IMG/VR virus record: IMGVR_UViG_3300032304_001168 | Length of the DNA: 64,000 nt | DNA from: a virus | Strand: one strand, 5' to 3' | Translations under genes and position numbers: made by a program | In this document: one piece after another, positions 1 through 8,808 of the stretch | How positions within the stretch are numbered: position 1 is the first letter of the stretch | How the letters are laid out: every line of letters begins with the position of its first letter | The notes under the pieces: model-generated | Databases searched by the model: none | The model's input: only the letters and a program-made list of their open reading frames with translations | Told to the model about the DNA's origin: nothing

Positions 1-156
1 TGAAACACCATAACCATCACATTTGAATGGTGATGTAAATACCATATCAGGTATTTTTGTTGAGATGAATTGTCTGTAACTACTATTAACATCCATTTCA
101 TCTTTTGATAAAGTTAATTGTGTTATGGTTTGGCCTGTTAAATTTCTCATAATCAT
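1..156 (-). CDS. partial hypothetical protein (runs off the left edge)
   Basis: ATG ATT ATG AGA directly after the Rad50 stop, open to position 1 (MIMRNLTGQTITQLTLSKDEMDV...); read manually. Confidence 0.5.
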   Translation of the reverse strand, partial: MIMRNLTGQTITQLTLSKDEMDVNSSYRQFISTKIPDMVFTSPFKCDGYGVS

Positions 157-157
157 T

Positions 158-2527
158 TTATTGTTTTACACTACTAATATTGTTTTCTTTAGATATTTTA
201 ACCACGTTGTCCGCCCAATTACTTACAAGTGGATTATGGGTGATGACAAATATCTTTTCAAAATAGTTCTTGATTTTAATAAAAAATTCACCAACCATAT
301 CCAAGTTCTCATTTGATATCTTTCCAAACACCTCGTCAAACACCACCAGGTTGGGTTTTGGTAATGAACTAATCTTACTTAACACCGCTCTCAATGCTAA
401 TGATGCTATGGTTCTCTCATAACCCGATCCTGATGACATAAGTTTCTCAACCTGGGTATTATTATCAATCATCAAAAATTCAACCTCATTCTTATCATTA
501 ATATTAATCTCCAATCTAAAATGACAACTATCTTCCAGCAACCTCTGTAACTCAGAATTCAACATTGGAATCATTGTTTTCATTATTGTCTTAGATATTC
601 CATTCTTTCCAAAGATTTCCAAATATAACTTATATATTTTTTCCTTTTCAGATTCTTCCTTTATTTTTTCAATTTTTTGAAGATTATCTTTAATCTTATC
701 TTTTAAACTATCAATTTGATAATTGTTAGAATCAATGATTCTCTGTACAGATACTTTTTCTCTATCCAATTCATCAATTCTCAGATTGGCTTTGATAAGT
801 TGGGTTTCAATTTTGTTATTGGTGGATATTTTATCTTGTAACAAATTGAATTTTTCCAACTTATCTTCCAACCCTTTGATTTTCATCTCATAACCCTCAA
901 TTGTAAGTTCATATTTTTCTTTGATAAGTTTGTTTTTCTCATACTCATCAAATTCTTTTTTCAATAGAACATACTTAGCTTCTCTGACTATTATATTAGA
1001 CATTAACCCCTCAAATTCAACTTTTTGACTATTATAATAGTCAAGTTCTGCTATCTTGTTTTGAGTTATTGATGCGGTTATTAATTCAATTCCACAATGT
1101 TCACATTTAATTCCCCCATCAACTGAAGACTTTAATTCTTCAATCGAATTGATTGTTTGTTCAACTTGAACAATCTTTTTATAGTATAGTTTGTGTTCAT
1201 CTTTTATCCAGTCGTGTTCTTGTTCCGAGTAAAACTCTGTAGGTTCAACTACTTTGAGTTCTTTTAATTGTCTTTCAACACTTTGTTTTTGGGTTTTTAT
1301 TCCCATAATTTCACTTTCAATACGTTCAGGAACAATATTGGAGATTTCAACATCAATATCCGTGTGTTTGGATTTTAATAATCCATCTCTATATTCTTGT
1401 CCTTTGATTATTCTGTTTTGAACATCAATAAGATTGTTTTGTTGGGTTATATTATCTGTTGTTAATTCTTGGATTCTTGAATTATAACCATCATTATCTG
1501 ATTTCAATTTCTCACTGGAATATACATTTGACAACATTGATTTTGAGAAGTCAGAATATATTTCTTTTGCAAGTTCTTCTTTCTTTTTGAGAAAGTCTAA
1601 CCCCATAAATTTTGATAATACTTGACCTCTTGCTGTTGGTTTGGAGTCAATCAAATCTTCAAGATTTGTTGCTGTTGTTAAGATTGTCATCAAGAAATCA
1701 TCTTTTGTTCCAATTGATGTTTTGATGAAATTCTCTGTTTCCCTCCTTTGTTCACCAGTAAAGTTTTGTAATGACCCATCGGATAATTTCTTATAAAAAT
1801 CCAATTCGGTTTTTACATTCCAAGTATCATCTTTCTTCTTCTTTCTTTCAATGTTTCTAATGATTACATATTCTTCCCCATCAATGATAATTTCACCTTT
1901 GACGTGGACTTTATCTTGAGTTGAGAATCTATTAAAAATTTCTTCAGCTTTTGTTGTCTTGGTGGTTTCATTGAAGAATAGGAATAACAATAGGTCAACG
2001 GTTAAAACTGTTTTCCCACCAAAATTTGCTGGATCTGATTCAACCACAGATATTCCATTACATTTTTCAAAATCTATTTTTTGATTTTGTCCATAAGATA
2101 AGAAATTGGAGAATTCAATATTTTTGATATACCATTTTTTGAATGGGGTAATATCTTCATCTGTCAATAATCTATTATCAACAATTCTATCTAGATTAAA
2201 GATTTCATCAGATAATTGATTTTGATTTTTGGAATCGAGATATGATTTAACCAATTCATATTGATAATTTTTATCCAAGATATTAAAGGAAACATCAACC
2301 GAGTGATTGGTTGTTTCTGTTATTTTTGTTTTGGTAATTACATTAACATTGGTTGAATTGTATTTTTTTTGGAAGTAATGTTTGATGCTCTTTATTTTTT
2401 CTTGTGTAAAGTTTTCAGCATAATCTTCCCATATTACCTGGATGTATGGATTATCAAACTTGGTAAAATCTATATCTTTAATCATATAATTGTAATTGTA
2501 TTCTATTGGTGGATTGAATAAATCCAT
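158..2527 (-). CDS. Rad50/SbcC/T4 gp46-like recombination ATPase
   Basis: IEFSNFLSY N-terminal motif, Walker A NFGGKT, long coiled coil with zinc-hook CEHC, signature SGSGYE, Walker B VVFDE, H-loop ITH; about 130-aa N-terminal extension. Confidence 0.93.
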   Translation of the reverse strand: MDLFNPPIEYNYNYMIKDIDFTKFDNPYIQVIWEDYAENFTQEKIKSIKHYFQKKYNSTNVNVITKTKITETTNHSVDVSFNILDKNYQYELVKSYLDSKNQNQLSDEIFNLDRIVDNRLLTDEDITPFKKWYIKNIEFSNFLSYGQNQKIDFEKCNGISVVESDPANFGGKTVLTVDLLLFLFFNETTKTTKAEEIFNRFSTQDKVHVKGEIIIDGEEYVIIRNIERKKKKDDTWNVKTELDFYKKLSDGSLQNFTGEQRRETENFIKTSIGTKDDFLMTILTTATNLEDLIDSKPTARGQVLSKFMGLDFLKKKEELAKEIYSDFSKSMLSNVYSSEKLKSDNDGYNSRIQELTTDNITQQNNLIDVQNRIIKGQEYRDGLLKSKHTDIDVEISNIVPERIESEIMGIKTQKQSVERQLKELKVVEPTEFYSEQEHDWIKDEHKLYYKKIVQVEQTINSIEELKSSVDGGIKCEHCGIELITASITQNKIAELDYYNSQKVEFEGLMSNIIVREAKYVLLKKEFDEYEKNKLIKEKYELTIEGYEMKIKGLEDKLEKFNLLQDKISTNNKIETQLIKANLRIDELDREKVSVQRIIDSNNYQIDSLKDKIKDNLQKIEKIKEESEKEKIYKLYLEIFGKNGISKTIMKTMIPMLNSELQRLLEDSCHFRLEININDKNEVEFLMIDNNTQVEKLMSSGSGYERTIASLALRAVLSKISSLPKPNLVVFDEVFGKISNENLDMVGEFFIKIKNYFEKIFVITHNPLVSNWADNVVKISKENNISSVKQ

Positions 2528-2608
2528 TGTGAATCTTTTAATTGATTTTGGGGGTGAGTTATATTGAGGTGTGTATATATTTTAGTTATGTGTAATAAAA
2601 AACTAAAA

Positions 2609-2830
2609 TTAAACTACCTCAACTTTATACAGTGTTCTATTACCTAAAATTTCTTTTGAAAAACTTTTAATCACATCATTATTTTTGTGTGAAATAGTTT
2701 CCACATCTGAATTATTCTTAAATTCTTCTAATGTTTTACTTAACCTGTTAAAGTAGATTTGTTCCCACAAAAATATACCAGTCCATTGTAAGTTTTTCAA
2801 AATAAAATCTGTTAATTTAGTTCTTTTCAT
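2609..2830 (-). CDS. hypothetical protein (cassette-borne)
   Basis: 73-aa ORF inside cassette 2585-3100. Confidence 0.65.
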   Translation of the reverse strand: MKRTKLTDFILKNLQWTGIFLWEQIYFNRLSKTLEEFKNNSDVETISHKNNDVIKSFSKEILGNRTLYKVEVV

Positions 2831-2848
2831 ATTGTTTAATTTTTAAAA

Positions 2849-3064
2849 TTATTTACCATATCTACTATTAACAAAAACTCTATTAGCTCCCGTTGTAAGT
2901 GATAATTGATTTTGTTGCTTCATCAATAGTTCAAATTGATTTTCTATTCTTAACCTGTCTGAATTACTTTTTAACATATTAATCAATTTATCCAACTCCA
3001 TATCTCTTTTTGAAGTTAGAAAACCAATTTGTTCCTTGTAATGTAGTTCGAGTTTTTGTTCCAT
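2849..3064 (-). CDS. hypothetical protein (cassette-borne)
   Basis: 71-aa ORF inside cassette 2585-3100. Confidence 0.65.
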   Translation of the reverse strand: MEQKLELHYKEQIGFLTSKRDMELDKLINMLKSNSDRLRIENQFELLMKQQNQLSLTTGANRVFVNSRYGK

Positions 3065-3097
3065 TTGTATAATTTTTTAGTTTTTTTACATACACAT

Positions 3098-3174
3098 AAC
3101 AACAAATATAAGAAATAAATTTTGATTTATCTATTTTTTATAGGTAAAATTTACTTCTCATATTTGCAACCGTT
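3098..3174. repeat. attC-like hairpin site (array 1)
   Basis: AAC-AA-CAAATATAAGAAATAAATTTT...AAAATTTACTTCTCATATTTG-CAACC-GTT; 21-bp arms with 2 mismatches. Confidence 0.75.
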
Positions 3175-3436
3175 AGCGGTAATGTTGAAAAGACAGCGTA
3201 TCGCCAGCATTGAACCTACCAACGCTATCCACAAACCAAGTTCCATACATATTCAAATCCATTTTATCAATAGGCTCGACTAAGTAAAGACTAGTTCCTT
3301 TTGTTTTGTTAGGTTTAATTCTTGTTACTACAAATTTTGATTGGCTATTAGGGAATTTGGTTTCTTCACCACAAGAAGAAAGTACTACAGCTAAAAACAC
3401 ATAGGCAAAAAAGCCGTTCAGTTTTCTATTTACCAT
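3173..3436 (-). CDS. putative lipoprotein (cassette-borne; cassette truncated on its right side)
   Basis: signal peptide with lipobox-like VLSSC; stop TAA lies within the CGCTAAC core box. Confidence 0.7.
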   Translation of the reverse strand: MVNRKLNGFFAYVFLAVVLSSCGEETKFPNSQSKFVVTRIKPNKTKGTSLYLVEPIDKMDLNMYGTWFVDSVGRFNAGDTLSFQHYR

Positions 3437-3441
3437 TTGTT

Positions 3442-3615
3442 TTAATTTTTAGAACACTCAAATATTATTTCAATTTCATCTCCGTGGGTTTGAGTATCAA
3501 TTGCACCCACCATTGTAAGTCCACATTGATACTCCATTTCCCATACGTGAAGAGAATTGTCCTCTCGTTTTATTTCACACCCACATTTTGGACAATTATC
3601 AAATTCAATTTTCAT
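3442..3615 (-). CDS. small Zn-ribbon-like hypothetical protein
   Basis: likely start MKIEFDNCPKCG at 3615 (ORF track extends to 3687); CxxC motif. Confidence 0.55.
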   Translation of the reverse strand: MKIEFDNCPKCGCEIKREDNSLHVWEMEYQCGLTMVGAIDTQTHGDEIEIIFECSKN

Positions 3616-3865
3616 TTTGTGATTCAGGTTCAACATTGTTTTCCAATTCACTTGGGTCAACAACTGAAAATCCAAGTTCTTGTCCACCTAGGGTAACTTT
3701 CAACTCATTTTCTAATTGTTCGTTTTCAGTTAATTTTGCTTGATATTCTTTCAATTTTTGTTCCAACAATTGTGTGTATTGTTTTTGGAATTTTTTCTTT
3801 TCTGTTGCAATTTTTTCATTTCTTTTTGCAACTTTTTTTTTGTGTTCTTTAGTTTTCTTTCCCAT
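3605..3865 (-). CDS. basic coiled-coil hypothetical protein
   Basis: MGKKTKEHKKKVAKRNEKI...; 86 aa. Confidence 0.7.
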   Translation of the reverse strand: MGKKTKEHKKKVAKRNEKIATEKKKFQKQYTQLLEQKLKEYQAKLTENEQLENELKVTLGGQELGFSVVDPSELENNVEPESQNEN

Positions 3866-3877
3866 CTGTAATATTAA

Positions 3878-4117
3878 TTATTTGTTTATTTTATTTATAA
3901 GTTTAACCCATCCCAATCCATTACAATAAGAATATCCAGCATCTTTGGCCTTCATTCTACATTTATCATTATCATTTTGAAATTCTTCTGGAGCGAAATT
4001 AACCCCCCATTTAATAATGGTGTCTTGTCCATCCATTTCAGCAATATCTTGTTCTGATGTTAGATAATGAATAAGAGTATCATTATTACCTTTCATTGTG
4101 TATTCATAAACTATCAT
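3878..4117 (-). CDS. hypothetical protein
   Basis: 79-aa ORF downstream of the promoter at 4154-4182. Confidence 0.65.
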   Translation of the reverse strand: MIVYEYTMKGNNDTLIHYLTSEQDIAEMDGQDTIIKWGVNFAPEEFQNDNDKCRMKAKDAGYSYCNGLGWVKLINKINK

Positions 4118-4153
4118 TGTCTTATAAATTTTAAATTGTTAAACATTTAAGAT

Positions 4154-4182
4154 AATATAGAAAATCAACCTTGGATTGTCAA
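4154..4182 (-). promoter_or_regulatory. putative promoter TTGACA-N17-TATATT
   Basis: minus strand TTTGACAatccaaggttgattttcTATATTAT in an intergenic gap. Confidence 0.65.
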
Positions 4183-4201
4183 ATGGTGTGATATAATGAT
4201 T

Positions 4202-5038
4202 TCATTGAGGTTTAACTCTTTTAATAATATCTTTCATTCTTGAGAATACTTCCATACCAACAGGAAATGACATCAATGAAATTAAGAATTGATTGATATA
4301 AGCATACATTGATATTGCCTGACCTTGAGTCATTTGGAAATTGAAATTGGTAAATATTATTAAGGATCCCACCAAGAATATACTTTTTGTTATGTTCAAT
4401 GATGCCCAATTTCTACCTTGTAATGTTGATTGTAATATTATTACTCTTGCTCTACGTTTATAAAATGTCTCAATTACTTCATCGTCATTTGATTCCATTG
4501 CACGAGTTTTTTGTTCGTAGTGGGTATGTTCAACTTTTGTAACCTGGTCAATCTTACTATAAAAAATATAAACAATTATTATGATTGGTAAGATACAACA
4601 CATCACAATTAAACCTGTAATCCAACTCTGATAGAATATAAAAAATAAACTACCAAATAAACTCATAAATGACCATAAGAAATAATAAAGTCCATGTTCC
4701 AAGAAATTTATAACATAGTTGGATAAATCAGTTCTTGCAACTTTAACTGAGGTGTCAGCATCTTTATTATTCTTTAAGAATTTAAAAATTAAATCATTAT
4801 AAATTTTGGTATATATCTTGGTGTCAAATACCATTCTTCTATACATAAAAAAATTATGTAATAACTCTATAATCAAGAATACAAATAACCAAACATAATT
4901 TTTATTCAACAATCCATCAATTGCTTTTCCTAGAATAAAAGGCTCAACTAAAAACAATAGTTGAGCTATGAATATGTAAAAGTATATCATTAATAAAGAA
5001 AACTTATATTCCTTTATTATCCCATAAATGTATTTCAT
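4202..5038 (-). CDS. standalone ABC-transporter six-transmembrane domain protein
   Basis: multiple TM helices, LVEPFILGKAIDGLL, RRMVFDTKIYTKIY; no nucleotide-binding domain. Confidence 0.75.
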   Translation of the reverse strand: MKYIYGIIKEYKFSLLMIYFYIFIAQLLFLVEPFILGKAIDGLLNKNYVWLFVFLIIELLHNFFMYRRMVFDTKIYTKIYNDLIFKFLKNNKDADTSVKVARTDLSNYVINFLEHGLYYFLWSFMSLFGSLFFIFYQSWITGLIVMCCILPIIIIVYIFYSKIDQVTKVEHTHYEQKTRAMESNDDEVIETFYKRRARVIILQSTLQGRNWASLNITKSIFLVGSLIIFTNFNFQMTQGQAISMYAYINQFLISLMSFPVGMEVFSRMKDIIKRVKPQ

Positions 5039-5042
5039 TAAT

Positions 5043-5165
5043 CTAAATCTTATTTTGAATTTTCAATTTTTGATAAGTTTCTTCTGTTATATAACCAGTT
5101 TCACCATCTGGTGCCATTATAATATAACCATTTTCCAATTCTTTGACAACTACAAATGTATTCAT
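5043..5165 (-). CDS. 40-aa hypothetical protein
   Basis: ATGA overlap with the thyA stop; MNTFVVVKELENGYIIMAPDGETGY...; read manually. Confidence 0.5.
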   Translation of the reverse strand: MNTFVVVKELENGYIIMAPDGETGYITEETYQKLKIQNKI

Positions 5166-6010
5166 ATTGCTAACTCTAATTTTGAATTAATTTTAGTTAT
5201 ACCACTCATATTGTGAATCTTAAAATCATCTATAGTATAATCATAGAAGTTTTTATCAGTTAATAACTCAATGAATGGATGATTTTGTTTAATAGGTTCT
5301 TTATTTATCAACTCAGTCACCGCATCAAAATGTCTATCGTAAATATGTAAATTACCAACTAAATGACAAAATTTTCCTAATCTATATCCACAATGTCCTG
5401 CAACCATCATTTGTAGTGCAACATATTGGATTTTATTTATGTATCCAGCAACCAAGTAGTCATTTGACCTTTGGTATAAAGTTAAATCTAAAATATAATC
5501 GCCATTAACTTTTCTTACATGGAATTCAGCTAAAAATGCACAAGGATGAAGTCCATCACTTTCAATCAAATCTGATTCTTGATAAAGATTTATGATATGT
5601 CTTCTTGAAAATGGATTATTTTTCACTGAATCTAAAACTTTATTCATAATATCCCACTTCTTAACAGTTGCACCATATCTTAATCCTATAGTATCGTCAC
5701 CTACATTCCATTCATCCCACCAATTAATACCCATATCACGAGCAACTTGTAATGAGGATGTTTGTTTTTGGTAAATCCATAATATTTCTTTAATACCAAT
5801 TTTGATTGCCGTTGGTCTTAATGTGGTTATTGGAAATTCACCTTTTGAAATATCATATTCCTCATAGACCTGAGTGATAAATTTGGTATGTGCTGGTGTT
5901 CCATCCTCATATTTTGGTCTAGGATTCTCATCCCAAGAACCCTCTGACATAATTTTGGATATATTTTGGGTATAGTACTTATCAGCTTTGTTCATTTTAT
6001 TCATATTCAA
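5162..6010 (-). CDS. thyA: thymidylate synthase
   Basis: FPITTLR, NPFSRRHII, catalytic LHPC, YQRSND, HIYDRH. Confidence 0.95.
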   Translation of the reverse strand: MNMNKMNKADKYYTQNISKIMSEGSWDENPRPKYEDGTPAHTKFITQVYEEYDISKGEFPITTLRPTAIKIGIKEILWIYQKQTSSLQVARDMGINWWDEWNVGDDTIGLRYGATVKKWDIMNKVLDSVKNNPFSRRHIINLYQESDLIESDGLHPCAFLAEFHVRKVNGDYILDLTLYQRSNDYLVAGYINKIQYVALQMMVAGHCGYRLGKFCHLVGNLHIYDRHFDAVTELINKEPIKQNHPFIELLTDKNFYDYTIDDFKIHNMSGITKINSKLELAI

Positions 6011-6314
6011 TTTCGAATGTGTTGGGATTAATGTATTTTATTCTTTTACCTCCTGTTAAATCAACTATCTTATCATCAGGTATTCTACTTTCAATAATGG
6101 TATCTTTTAATTCCTGCGGTACATCAGGATTATTTAATATTTCATTACGCTTTTCTTCATGCTTACGTGCTAGTTCAGTACCGCATTCTATTAATTTATC
6201 TAGTTTGTTCATTTTTTTTAATCCATTTGATTTTAATTGGAGTGGCTGCATCCCATTGAGAAATGCAGTAGTGTGTGGATGTTTCCCAACTAACCCATTC
6301 GTATTGTTTATCAA
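5997..6314 (-). CDS. hypothetical protein
   Basis: ORF in a tightly packed minus-strand run; start uncertain. Confidence 0.55.
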   Translation of the reverse strand: MINNTNGLVGKHPHTTAFLNGMQPLQLKSNGLKKMNKLDKLIECGTELARKHEEKRNEILNNPDVPQELKDTIIESRIPDDKIVDLTGGKRIKYINPNTFEIEYE

Positions 6315-6323
6315 TGTTGTTCA

Positions 6324-6647
6324 TTATATTTTATTTTTAATGTAACCTTCTATATCGTTTATACATTCTCCAAGTGTTTGCCAAAAGTGAGATGGTAAAT
6401 TTGATAGAGAAACACCTCTACCACTATCAAGTATTATAATGTGTTCTTCAAGTTCTTTCTTAAATTCTATCAAATTTATTAAAGTGTTTGTTAAAGTGTG
6501 TTCTTCATTCATTTTAATCTTCTTTTCATTATTCATATATAATTGTGGATTATTTTCTAAAATGGTAGCAATTGCCCCCACTATTTGTTTTGGTCTAAAT
6601 GAAATTTTCCAATCGCATTCTTCTGCAACTTCATCTACCCACTCCAT
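6324..6647 (-). CDS. hypothetical protein
   Basis: 107-aa ORF in a minus-strand run. Confidence 0.6.
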   Translation of the reverse strand: MEWVDEVAEECDWKISFRPKQIVGAIATILENNPQLYMNNEKKIKMNEEHTLTNTLINLIEFKKELEEHIIILDSGRGVSLSNLPSHFWQTLGECINDIEGYIKNKI

Positions 6648-6658
6648 ATAGTTCTTCT

Positions 6659-6871
6659 TTATTGATTTTCATTTGTTCCTAAGTTTTTTAATCCTTCAAC
6701 AACTTCATTATTAAATTCTAAGGCGAAATCTCTTTCAAGCATATTCATTAGTACTTGTTCAGCATCTAACTTTCCATTGGTAGTTGCCATTTCAATACAA
6801 TCATCATCAGTTTTTTCACTCCAAAACATCATATGTTTGAGTAGTGCATTTCCATCAATATTAATTTTCAT
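6659..6871 (-). CDS. hypothetical protein
   Basis: 70-aa ORF. Confidence 0.6.
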   Translation of the reverse strand: MKINIDGNALLKHMMFWSEKTDDDCIEMATTNGKLDAEQVLMNMLERDFALEFNNEVVEGLKNLGTNENQ

Positions 6872-6877
6872 AACTTT

Positions 6878-7210
6878 CTATTTTTTTGGTTTTAATTCGT
6901 TTTCTATTAGTTTCATTATATCTCTAGTGAGAGAACCTGCAGTTTTAGTTCCATCAATATTCCACTTAATAATAAGTGTTTCAATTTCTGAGTAGAGTGA
7001 TTGTTTATTAACAACATTATGTTCTATGTCAAGTTTCTCTCTTTCTATCTCTTCAACTTTTAGTATTTTACAATCTTCAATGTTAGAACATTCTAACATT
7101 TCTTCTTTCCACTTTTTTAAAGTTTCCAAATCGGTGGTTTCTCTATAACCAATAGTATAATGGTCATTTCTTTCATCTAAGATGAGACCTATGTATTTTT
7201 CTTTATTCAT
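6878..7210 (-). CDS. hypothetical protein
   Basis: 110-aa ORF. Confidence 0.65.
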   Translation of the reverse strand: MNKEKYIGLILDERNDHYTIGYRETTDLETLKKWKEEMLECSNIEDCKILKVEEIEREKLDIEHNVVNKQSLYSEIETLIIKWNIDGTKTAGSLTRDIMKLIENELKPKK

Positions 7211-7224
7211 AACTCGTTATTGTT

Positions 7225-7665
7225 TTATGGTTGTATCTTAATGTTATTTTCTTTCATCCATTCATTATCAGGATAAACTCTATCTGATAATTTACAAAGT
7301 TTTTTTCTTTCTTCATAACTCAACTCTCGTTCTTCAATGGTTAATCTCCACTTTTCAGAGAATTCTTTATCTTCTTTACATTTGTTGATGAATTCTTCTT
7401 GTGTGTATGGTCTGAAATTTGTATATTCCATCACCATCCAATGTAGGGGATTTTTTTGGAGTTTCTTTTGTTCTTCGTTATATTCATCAGCATAGTGCTG
7501 TAAGTAGTTTTTATAAGCCTCATCAATTAGTAGTTGTTGTTCTTTATTTGATAATAACCCCTTCCAAAATTCATTACTTGTAATAATTCTATTATGTTTT
7601 AAATCGGAGAGTCCTCTTTCAAGGGATTCCAATTGTTTCTCGTTTAATGAATCAAAATCTTCCAT
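7225..7665 (-). CDS. hypothetical protein, possibly chimeric with an antitoxin-like N-terminus
   Basis: N-terminal LNEKQLESLERGLSDLKHNRIITSNE resembles small addiction-module proteins. Confidence 0.55.
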   Translation of the reverse strand: MEDFDSLNEKQLESLERGLSDLKHNRIITSNEFWKGLLSNKEQQLLIDEAYKNYLQHYADEYNEEQKKLQKNPLHWMVMEYTNFRPYTQEEFINKCKEDKEFSEKWRLTIEERELSYEERKKLCKLSDRVYPDNEWMKENNIKIQP

Positions 7666-7677
7666 ATTGTTTTGCGT

Positions 7678-8154
7678 TTATACAATCTTTTTTAATTCTT
7701 GTGTTGGATAAGCCTCGTGGAATACCATTTTAAGAATATCATAACTTGAAACAATTCCTACTAGTTCATTATCTTCAGTGATAATTGGTAAAGCGTGAAA
7801 ATAATTTTCTAAAAAGATTTCTACCGCAGTTCCAATTTTTTCATTTGGTTCAATCCTCACAACTTTTTTTGTCATCAAATCTTGGGCTGTATAATTTTCA
7901 AGTAATTTTTGATTTTCCGTTACAACAATATCAAGACTTTCAAATCTTGTATCGTGTATTGCTTTGTAAAAGTCAACTTTACTAATTATACCCACAAGGT
8001 CAAGGTAACGAACAACAGGAATATGGTGAATATTGTGTTGTTCAAAAATGTCCTTAACCATTTGTAATGAATCAGTTGGTAGAATTGTGATTAGTTTTTT
8101 TGTCATAATTTCCGATACTGGTCGGTTCATCATTTCTCTTAAAATTTTGTTCAT
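7678..8154 (-). CDS. CBS-domain pair protein
   Basis: PVSEIMTKKLITI, HHIPVV..LVGIISKVD and ALPII..ELVGIVSSYDIL: two CBS repeats. Confidence 0.9.
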   Translation of the reverse strand: MNKILREMMNRPVSEIMTKKLITILPTDSLQMVKDIFEQHNIHHIPVVRYLDLVGIISKVDFYKAIHDTRFESLDIVVTENQKLLENYTAQDLMTKKVVRIEPNEKIGTAVEIFLENYFHALPIITEDNELVGIVSSYDILKMVFHEAYPTQELKKIV

Positions 8155-8175
8155 ATATTGTTATTTTTTTATTTT

Positions 8176-8808
8176 TTATTGGGAAATCTCACCAATTTTT
8201 TCTCTATCATAATTACTTTTTTTAACAATGTCAAATATATATTTTCCAACATTGGGATTAACACAATTTCTAATAATTTGGTCTTTCCTATGTTTTAATT
8301 TAAACCCCCTCAAATCAAAATAACCCTTATCTGAGCTTCCCCTCTCATTATGGGTCAACCCATCCTTAATATCAATAATTGGAATATCAAAGTTTGTCCA
8401 AAATAAATGTCTACCCAGTTTCAATGATGGTTTAACAAATGGTTCATAATAGGGTTTAACATTCTCAACAACAAACTTTATATTGGTATTCTTTGTGAAG
8501 TTTTGTAAGAAGATTATCTCCGCCCATAATTTCATATCTGGCATTACTGAATCATAACTTCCACCCTTACTTGCCATCATCCTAACTTTGCTATGACTTT
8601 GACAAGGGGGACTACTCCATATAAAATCAAAGTTTCTCCAATTCTTTGCAAGATATTCGTGGGCATCATCAACAATAACTTTATCATTGGGAAAAAAATG
8701 TTGATATACATTTGCGATTTCTTCATTATATTCAACCGCTGTTACTTCAACATCTTCCCAATATTTTCTATTCCCACCAATACCAGCGTATAGATTTAAT
8801 ACTTTCAT
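8176..8808 (-). CDS. DNA (cytosine-5)-methyltransferase, short form
   Basis: motif I LYAGIGG, motif IV SPPCQ, motif VI ENV, motif X-like RNCVNP. Confidence 0.85.
   Translation of the reverse strand: MKVLNLYAGIGGNRKYWEDVEVTAVEYNEEIANVYQHFFPNDKVIVDDAHEYLAKNWRNFDFIWSSPPCQSHSKVRMMASKGGSYDSVMPDMKLWAEIIFLQNFTKNTNIKFVVENVKPYYEPFVKPSLKLGRHLFWTNFDIPIIDIKDGLTHNERGSSDKGYFDLRGFKLKHRKDQIIRNCVNPNVGKYIFDIVKKSNYDREKIGEISQ

Larger units (their letters stand above)
2585..3100. mobile_element. putative gene cassette (array 1) carrying two small ORFs
   Basis: left end GTTATGTGTAATAAAAAACTAAAATTA (2585) is an imperfect inverted repeat of right end TAATTTTTTAGTTTTTTTACATACACATAAC (to 3100). Confidence 0.7.
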
